Assembly (NCBI GenBank): GCA_041641295.1
Contig: JBEPYO010000001.1
Location: 152,677 to 184,676 of the forward strand
Direction of reading: 5' to 3'
Length of the DNA: 32,000 nucleotides
Source of the DNA: Nitrososphaerota archaeon
Lineage (GTDB): Archaea > Thermoproteota > Nitrososphaeria_A > Caldarchaeales > Calditenuaceae
The notes below the pieces were generated by a model. That model was not told the origin of the DNA and made no database searches. It saw only the letters and a program-made list of their open reading frames with translations. Below are positions 26,755 through 32,000 of this stretch, piece by piece. Within the stretch, counting starts at the first letter, position 1. Each line of letters begins with the position of its first letter. A program made the position numbers and the translations under genes.

Positions 26755-26903
26755 AAGTAATGCACCATCTCATCTGGCGACACAAATGCTGACTGGCCTA
26801 CTTTTTAGGAACTGAGTTGAATTGTAAATGATTGACTGTTAGTAGATGCTTTGAAGTGTCCACGGGCCATGATTCTTCATCGAGCCCTAGCGGGACGCTG
26901 GGG

Positions 26904-26909
26904 TTATAG
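26904..26909 (+). promoter_or_regulatory. TATA-like box for the Ygr210-like GTPase gene
   Basis: TTATAG is centred about 27 nt upstream of ATG 26934. Confidence 0.4.
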
Positions 26910-26933
26910 CTCAGTTTGTAGTCTTGTAGTTGG

Positions 26934-28142
26934 ATGGAGCTTGCGGGGTTGGTGGGGAAGCCGAACGTGGGTAAGAGTACGCTCTTCTCCGCCTTGACTA
27001 TGGTAGATGTTCCAATCGCGAATTATCCATTCACTACTAAAAGCCCTAACAGGGGGGTGACCTATCTCCGGTTTAACTGTGTTTGCAGAGAGCTGGGCGT
27101 GAAGGATAATCCCAGAAACTCGCTCTGTGTGGATGGTGTAAGGCTTATTCCCATCCAGATTATTGACTGCCCTGGCATCGTTCCTCAAGCCCATATGGGG
27201 AGAGGGCTGGGTCTCCAGTTCCTTGACGAGATTAGGCAGGCCAGTGCCTTGATTGTTGTTGCTGATGCTTCTGGTGGGACAGATCTTGAGGGAAACATTG
27301 TTGAGCCTGGGACTCAGGACCCTGTAGAGGACGTGAGGCTGGTTGAGCGGGAGCTGGCTGAGTGGTTTCTAAGCATCATCTCTAGAGACTGGCCGAGGAT
27401 TGCGCGGGCCGTAGAGGCGAAACAAGCCTCTCTTTCGGACGAGATTGCGCGCGTATTCTCTGGCCTCGGGATTAGCAGGGAAGATGTCGAGGCCGCTATA
27501 AGCAGGGCGGAGTTAAACCCGGCTCATCCGACGGGCTGGAAACAAGAGGAGCTCCGCTCTTTCGTGAACGAGCTGAGAAAGTTGTCAAAGCCAATAATAG
27601 TTGCTGCGAACAAGGCCGATGTGCCAGGAGCACAGAAGGGAGTCAAAAGGCTCGTCGAGGCCGGGTATGAGACTATCCCCTGCAGCGCGGAAGCTGAACG
27701 GGCCCTGAGAATAGCGGCTGAGCGAGGGCTGATAAGCTATAGGCCTGGGGACAAGTCGTTCAAGATAATTGACGAATCCAAGCTCAGCCCAGCCCAGAAA
27801 AAAGCCCTTGACAGGCTTGCAGGCTTCATGGAGAAGAACGGGGGAACAGGCGTCCAAGACCTCATAGACAGGGTATATCTAGGGGTTTTGGGCTATATCC
27901 CGGTATTTCCCGTCGAAGACCCTGCGAGGCTAACAGACAGGAACGGAAATGTCCTCCCAGACGTGTACCTTCTCAAGCCAGGATCAGGCCCCAGAGACTT
28001 AGCATACAAGATCCATTCCGAACTAGGTGAGGCCTACCTCTACGCCATAGACGCGCGAAGAAAGCTTAAGCTCTCATCCGATTACAAGCTGAGACCCGGA
28101 GACGTGATCTCCATCGTCTCAGCTGCTAAGAGGGGGGCCTAA
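26934..28142 (+). CDS. Obg-family GTPase, Ygr210/YchF-related, with C-terminal TGS-like domain
   Basis: G1 GKPNVGKST, G2 region YPFTT, G3 DCPG and G4 NKAD. G4 is NKxD, so the protein is GTP-specific rather than YchF-type NxxE. The C-terminal LRPGDVISIV is TGS-like. 402 aa. Confidence 0.8.
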   Translation: MELAGLVGKPNVGKSTLFSALTMVDVPIANYPFTTKSPNRGVTYLRFNCVCRELGVKDNPRNSLCVDGVRLIPIQIIDCPGIVPQAHMGRGLGLQFLDEIRQASALIVVADASGGTDLEGNIVEPGTQDPVEDVRLVERELAEWFLSIISRDWPRIARAVEAKQASLSDEIARVFSGLGISREDVEAAISRAELNPAHPTGWKQEELRSFVNELRKLSKPIIVAANKADVPGAQKGVKRLVEAGYETIPCSAEAERALRIAAERGLISYRPGDKSFKIIDESKLSPAQKKALDRLAGFMEKNGGTGVQDLIDRVYLGVLGYIPVFPVEDPARLTDRNGNVLPDVYLLKPGSGPRDLAYKIHSELGEAYLYAIDARRKLKLSSDYKLRPGDVISIVSAAKRGA

Positions 28143-30652
28143 AGGAACTCGTCTAGTGTCCGCTTAACAGTCTTGCCGCCGCTGACTATCTCGTCGAAGT
28201 CCATGTCCAAGCTATCCAGCACTTGCTGGAAAACGCCCTTAAGGTATTCGACATAAGCCTCCACGTCCACTTGGTTCTTGTTGATCTCTATTCTGGGGTG
28301 TAGTGGTGTAACTCCCAATCTGTCCTTTGTCTTGACGTATTGGATTATGTCGCCTGAGCCTACTTTGACGCCTATTGCGGCCAGTTTTTGAGCGGCCTTG
28401 ACGTGGGGCGGGGTTGTCTTGGTGTATTGCTCGGGGGATTTGGATAGCATGACGCTGAAGGCGAGGTCTGAGACCTCGAACTCTCTGTTTATCAACTTGT
28501 TGTAACTTTCCCTTATCAGCTTTACCAGGTCTGCCTTGAACTTCTCGAAGTCTTCAGGCCGCCTGATCTGTTTCAAACCCTCTATCATCTGCTCGAAGAG
28601 CTGGTGGGCGAGGTTGAAGATGTGTCTCTTTTTACCCGTAAGCCCCTTTACATCTACCACTCCCTTGACGGTTAGCCCTAAGTAGTTCTTCTTCCTCTGT
28701 GATAAGACGACGTAGACGTATTCCTTATCTACTTCAAGGTCTAGGCCTAGGCTTTCGTCTGCCCACCTGATGAGCGTTTTGAGCATTTCCTCGTCATAGC
28801 CTTTCAGGAACAGTGAGTCAGTGTCACCATAGATTATCGTTCCGCCAAGCCCTCTCACCTTTTCAATCGCCTCTGAGAAGACGTATCTGCCGATAGCCGC
28901 GGTGCTCTCTGCGAGCGGCGGGCAGTATAGTGGGAACTCCTCGAATCCGAAGACGCCGTAGCTGGCGTTGAGGAAAACTTTGAGAGCCTTCTGTATAACG
29001 TCGTACCATATCCTCTTTTCTCTCGGTATCGACGGGTCTGAGCTTCTCGGCTTGTATATCCCCACCCTGATGTCTCTGAGAGACCCTATGATCTGGCTCT
29101 GGAGGCCGCGCCTCTTCGTGCAGACCCAGTGGCCAGTCTCAGGCACGACGTTAGACCTGCACTCCTCGTGCGGGCAGCGTATAGTTTCGTAGCTTAAGTT
29201 CCACCTCTTCAGCGCTGAGGGGTAGAGGGAGGCGAAGTCGAGCACCTTAACTCCGAAATGTATCCCAGGTATTGGCTCAACAACTATAGCACCCCTATAC
29301 TTCTTCCCCTCTATAATCGCCTTGGTGGTGGTCATGCCCTTCTCCTGCAGGATCTCCTCAGGCCTAGGTATCAGCCACCCCCTTCGCCTATGCTCAAAGT
29401 AGATGAGATTCTTTATCCAGCCCGAGACGCCGTGTCTGCAGAGATCTTCAATTGGGAGCCGGCTGATCCGGCATAGAACGAGGATCAGCCTGATGATGAG
29501 CCTCTCATTGTTTGAGAGGAGTTCATAGACTAGCAGGGCGTCTCCGAAACTGTATGTGGCTAGTTCACGGGGTGAGAGCTCCGAGATCGGCCTCTCAATC
29601 TGGATCTTCCCCTTCCCCAGAAGCGCCTGCGAGATCGCTTCTAGAGTGTATTCACGGTACTTGTTGTCAAATGCGTAGACTTGGATAGACTTGTTTAGGA
29701 AAAAGCTGTAGAGATCAATGTGGGCGGCATTCTGGAATGTCGCCCCCTCCCTCCCTATCACGATCATATTCCTGCCCCGGTTAACTCCAAGCCTCTTGGC
29801 CCTGTTGTGAAGGTAGGGCAGGTCGAACTGGTCGCCATTGAAGGTGGCGATTATCGCGTAGTTGGAGAGAGCGTCGAAGACGTCTCCAAGCATCTTTTCC
29901 TCAGAGTCATACACCGAGACCTTGAAATCCAGTCCAGTGGTGTCGAGCGAGAAGTCCCCTCTTCTCAGCATGAACACCTCTCGCCGGCCGTCAGATCCGC
30001 AGATAGAGACGGCGATTACAGGGTCTTCGGCCTTTGAGGGGTCTGGGAGGCGAGTCGCTACTGGGCTAAAAACCTCGATGTCGAGGGCACAGTAGGGAGG
30101 TTCGAGCTGTTCAGCCTCCATAACTGTTATCCAGCTGGAAACCTCGTGCAGGTCTTCCTCACTTAGCTTTTTGATCTGTGATGCCAGTTTCCTAGCTTCG
30201 TCTAAGCCCAGTGTCGCCGGTATTAGGCTGTTCCCTGAAGCATAGTAGGGCATCCCGCAGATTAGGCCCTTGTCGTAGAGGTAGTTGATGTGGTAGGGGA
30301 TGTCGGATTCCCACGTCTTTATCCGCTCTCTGACCGAGTTCTTCCTACCGCCTATGGTGAGCGGATCCTTCACAACTATCTTTGTTAACTTGACCTTTCG
30401 CAGTCTGAGGGCGTCAAATTTCTCCTCCTCTTTCACCTCGACGATGTTGTCCCTTATGTCCTTGAGAGCTTCTAGAACCTCTTGCGGCGAGAGGTCGGTA
30501 TAGCAGTAGGGGAGATGCCCCGAGTCGTCATACCTAACCTCTACTCTACCAGTGTCCTGTCTGAGAAGCTTGAGATATGCGAGTCCTTTCTCGCCGTCGT
30601 ATCCGGCAGACAGGAGGAGAAGCTTATTCCCTTGATCTTGTCTTGACTGCAT
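28139..30652 (-). CDS. polB: Family B DNA polymerase
   Basis: Exo I ALDIEVFS, Exo II FNGDQFDLPYL, Exo III YSFGDALLVYEL, Pol A DFASLYPSAL, Pol B KVFLNASYGVFG and Pol C IIYGDTDSLF are all intact. 837 aa. I cannot assign the paralogue (B1/B2/B3). Confidence 0.93.
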   Translation of the reverse strand: MQSRQDQGNKLLLLSAGYDGEKGLAYLKLLRQDTGRVEVRYDDSGHLPYCYTDLSPQEVLEALKDIRDNIVEVKEEEKFDALRLRKVKLTKIVVKDPLTIGGRKNSVRERIKTWESDIPYHINYLYDKGLICGMPYYASGNSLIPATLGLDEARKLASQIKKLSEEDLHEVSSWITVMEAEQLEPPYCALDIEVFSPVATRLPDPSKAEDPVIAVSICGSDGRREVFMLRRGDFSLDTTGLDFKVSVYDSEEKMLGDVFDALSNYAIIATFNGDQFDLPYLHNRAKRLGVNRGRNMIVIGREGATFQNAAHIDLYSFFLNKSIQVYAFDNKYREYTLEAISQALLGKGKIQIERPISELSPRELATYSFGDALLVYELLSNNERLIIRLILVLCRISRLPIEDLCRHGVSGWIKNLIYFEHRRRGWLIPRPEEILQEKGMTTTKAIIEGKKYRGAIVVEPIPGIHFGVKVLDFASLYPSALKRWNLSYETIRCPHEECRSNVVPETGHWVCTKRRGLQSQIIGSLRDIRVGIYKPRSSDPSIPREKRIWYDVIQKALKVFLNASYGVFGFEEFPLYCPPLAESTAAIGRYVFSEAIEKVRGLGGTIIYGDTDSLFLKGYDEEMLKTLIRWADESLGLDLEVDKEYVYVVLSQRKKNYLGLTVKGVVDVKGLTGKKRHIFNLAHQLFEQMIEGLKQIRRPEDFEKFKADLVKLIRESYNKLINREFEVSDLAFSVMLSKSPEQYTKTTPPHVKAAQKLAAIGVKVGSGDIIQYVKTKDRLGVTPLHPRIEINKNQVDVEAYVEYLKGVFQQVLDSLDMDFDEIVSGGKTVKRTLDEFL

Positions 30653-30676
30653 CTAAATTGTTGTTGGCTCATTAGC

Positions 30677-30684
30677 TGTATAAG
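30677..30684 (-). promoter_or_regulatory. TATA-like box for polB
   Basis: Minus-strand CTTATACA is centred about 28 nt upstream of ATG 30652. Confidence 0.35.
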
Positions 30685-30709
30685 CGTTTTTCTATCCAGA
30701 GAAAATCAA

Positions 30710-30719
30710 CTTAAATAAG
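30710..30719 (+). promoter_or_regulatory. TATA box for the membrane glycosyltransferase gene
   Basis: CTTAAATAAG is centred about 31 nt upstream of TTG 30746. Confidence 0.4.
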
Positions 30720-30745
30720 TCTAACCCGTGATATCCTGAAAAGTT

Positions 30746-32000
30746 TTGGTTGGAGGGAGAAGGCTAGCCGGCATAGTAGCCCTAGCCCTCGCAGTTAGGC
30801 TAGCCCCCTCAGCTTATACTGGGCATGGCTGGGACCTATTTGTGTGGCTAAGAACCTCAGAGCTTTTTCTCAGCGAGCAGATCAACATATACAGCTATCC
30901 ACAGTTTGAGGGGTTTCCATGGGGCTTTTACGCCTATCCACCCCCTTGGTTATATCTGCTGGCCGGTTCGACCTATATTGCATCACTGCTGGGTGGAGGT
31001 AGAGAGGTATCCATCCTTTTTTTGAAGCTACCGATCATCGTGGCCGATGTTCTCTGCGGGCTCGTTTTGTGGCTCACGGCCAAGCAGCTGGGCCTAGGCG
31101 AGGAAGATGCCTACAAATTGGCCACAATATACCTCCTAAACCCCCTGACCGTCTTCATCTCAAGCATCTGGGGAATGTTTGACGCAATACCCGCCCTTTT
31201 CACACTGCTAGCCCTCTATCTCCTATTGTCGGGGAGAATGGCGGCAGCGTCAGCTTCACTAGGCCTTGCAACTGCGTTCAAAATATATCCAGTCATCCTT
31301 CTGCCATCAATAATCCTAGCCCAGATCAGAAAGCAGGGTCTCAGACGTGTCATCACAAACCTTATCATCCCATTCGCATCCATACTCCTCGTTGTCTCAC
31401 TCCCATTCCTAGGCGACCTGACCAGCTACCTAGGCAAGCTCCTCTACCACAGATCAAATGTTGGGCAATTCACCTACTGGACACTACTAGGAATTTTCAT
31501 CGGAGGCGAGGTTGCTGGCGCTATCGGATGGACACTATTCACGGCAACCCTCGCCATAACACTCTACAAACAGTATACTGACCCCAACCGCAGTAGAAAT
31601 TTGACCATAATGTTTGCGGGCATCTTCACACTCTTTCTAGCAACTTCTCCAAAGATAAACGTTCAATACCTAGTGCTTGGGCTTCCGCTCCTCTTGCTGG
31701 CGGCTTGGATCCACGACGACCCTGAGTCGCGGAAGGAGATTAGGAGGAGACTCACACTACTTCACATGGCTGCCCTAGTTTTCATCGTTGGCAGCATTTT
31801 CATTATCGGCTATGACCCCGCAAACATGGGGAAGGTTTCCAACCTAAGCCTAGTAGAATCTGGGCTTGCAGGGTCTCTAATCCTCGTGGCGGCTGGAGTT
31901 GCTGGCTGGGAGTCTGTAAAGCTCACACTCGCACTGAACAAGCTTACAGTTCTTAAGAGAAGGTTGGATGAGAGGGCAGGGATTGCATCGATTATAGTGG
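30746..32000 (+). CDS. Polytopic membrane protein, GT-C-fold glycosyl/mannosyltransferase-like (DUF2029/GT87-like), 3' end cut by window edge
   Basis: Not in the ORF track because no stop occurs before the window end. My translation of frame 2 is open from 30740 to 32000. It is very hydrophobic, with family-like segments FKIYPVILLP and SPKINVQY. The only start after the in-frame TGA (30737-30739) and before the first membrane span is TTG 30746. Confidence 0.6.
   Translation, partial: MVGGRRLAGIVALALAVRLAPSAYTGHGWDLFVWLRTSELFLSEQINIYSYPQFEGFPWGFYAYPPPWLYLLAGSTYIASLLGGGREVSILFLKLPIIVADVLCGLVLWLTAKQLGLGEEDAYKLATIYLLNPLTVFISSIWGMFDAIPALFTLLALYLLLSGRMAAASASLGLATAFKIYPVILLPSIILAQIRKQGLRRVITNLIIPFASILLVVSLPFLGDLTSYLGKLLYHRSNVGQFTYWTLLGIFIGGEVAGAIGWTLFTATLAITLYKQYTDPNRSRNLTIMFAGIFTLFLATSPKINVQYLVLGLPLLLLAAWIHDDPESRKEIRRRLTLLHMAALVFIVGSIFIIGYDPANMGKVSNLSLVESGLAGSLILVAAGVAGWESVKLTLALNKLTVLKRRLDERAGIASIIV

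Noticed and set aside
26737-26806. Possible C/D-box sRNA in the long intergenic region (CTGA at 26789-26792 near a T5 tract)
   Set aside because: There is no RUGAUGA C box on either strand. The closest matches are ATGATTGA on the plus strand and ATGAAGA on the minus strand, each with mismatches and wrongly placed. There is also no terminal stem pairing. A generic small RNA remains possible and is kept only as a low-confidence alternative in the finding.
26822-26836. Shared motif TTGTAAAT..TTGAC between the hyuAB upstream region and the ABC-operon promoter (15154-15170), suggesting a common regulator; also the 8-mer AGTTGAAT occurring twice (26742 and 26815)
   Set aside because: The spacing between the two half-motifs differs (2 versus 4 nt). 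An 8-mer shared between two A/T-rich regions of 200-260 nt is expected by chance about once. This is not significant without conservation data.
26898-26935. tRNA-like 5' end (GGGGTTATAGCTCAGTTTG...) just upstream of the GTPase gene
   Set aside because: After GCTCAG there is no complementary D-stem closure (no GAGC), no anticodon arm and no GTTCRAnnC T-loop, and the acceptor 3' strand is missing. The TTATAG core lies 27 nt before ATG 26934 and is better explained as a TATA box.
1-32000. Search for CRISPR arrays, IS elements or transposases, integrases, toxin-antitoxin pairs, defence-system ATPases or nucleases, rRNA/tRNA genes and long direct or inverted repeats
   Set aside because: None was seen. 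Every ORF above about 100 aa that is not a shadow ORF has a housekeeping or metabolic assignment (one orphan excepted). The few non-coding gaps (at most 261 nt) contain no repeat-spacer periodicity. By-eye scanning cannot exclude short or degenerate repeats.

Overview
Densely packed chromosomal segment with 26 CDS (two cut by the window edges) and little non-coding DNA. It looks archaeal, most likely a thermophilic Thermoproteota/Crenarchaeota-like organism. That assignment is inference from gene content only: FEN1, family-B DNA polymerase, Cdc48/VCP, Trm5, and GTPBP1-like and Ygr210-like GTPases. Signal architecture agrees with it. A/T-rich TATA-like boxes sit 24-31 nt upstream of many first-gene start codons (leaderless-type promoters). 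GGTG/GAGG Shine-Dalgarno-like motifs appear only before operon-internal genes or the one gene with a 5' UTR. GTG and TTG starts are frequent, and codirectional neighbours overlap by 4 or 8 nt.

All homology calls come from motifs recognised by eye; no database search was possible. I found no rRNA, tRNA, CRISPR array, transposase, integrase or long repeat.

Housekeeping content:
- Left to right up to 13.6 kb: NAD(P)HX dehydratase (partial), YyaL-type thioredoxin-domain protein, an orphan protein, a mini-Rieske ferredoxin, pyrG, TatD-family hydrolase, a beta-hydroxyacid dehydrogenase, ogt, a GTPBP1-like GTPase overlapping trm5, fen1, a 67-aa winged-helix-like ORF and cdc48.
- Right-hand end: a Ygr210-like GTPase, polB and a partial GT-C membrane glycosyltransferase.

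The only accessory-looking block is 13.7-26.7 kb. It holds a DAO-family flavoprotein and a family-5 (Dpp/Opp-type) ABC importer with a HyuE/Dcg1-type hydantoin racemase inserted between the binding-protein and permease genes. It also holds an M24 prolidase-like hydrolase and ATP-dependent hydantoinase/oxoprolinase subunits HyuA and HyuB, with no carbamoylase.

This block is my best candidate for an undescribed system: import and ATP-driven ring-opening of a cyclic amide. Secondary candidates:
- a Schlafen/AlbA_2-like N-terminal module on the EF-Tu-like GTPase
- the small ORF coupled to cdc48
- a 261-nt structured A/T-rich intergenic region at 26.7-26.9 kb
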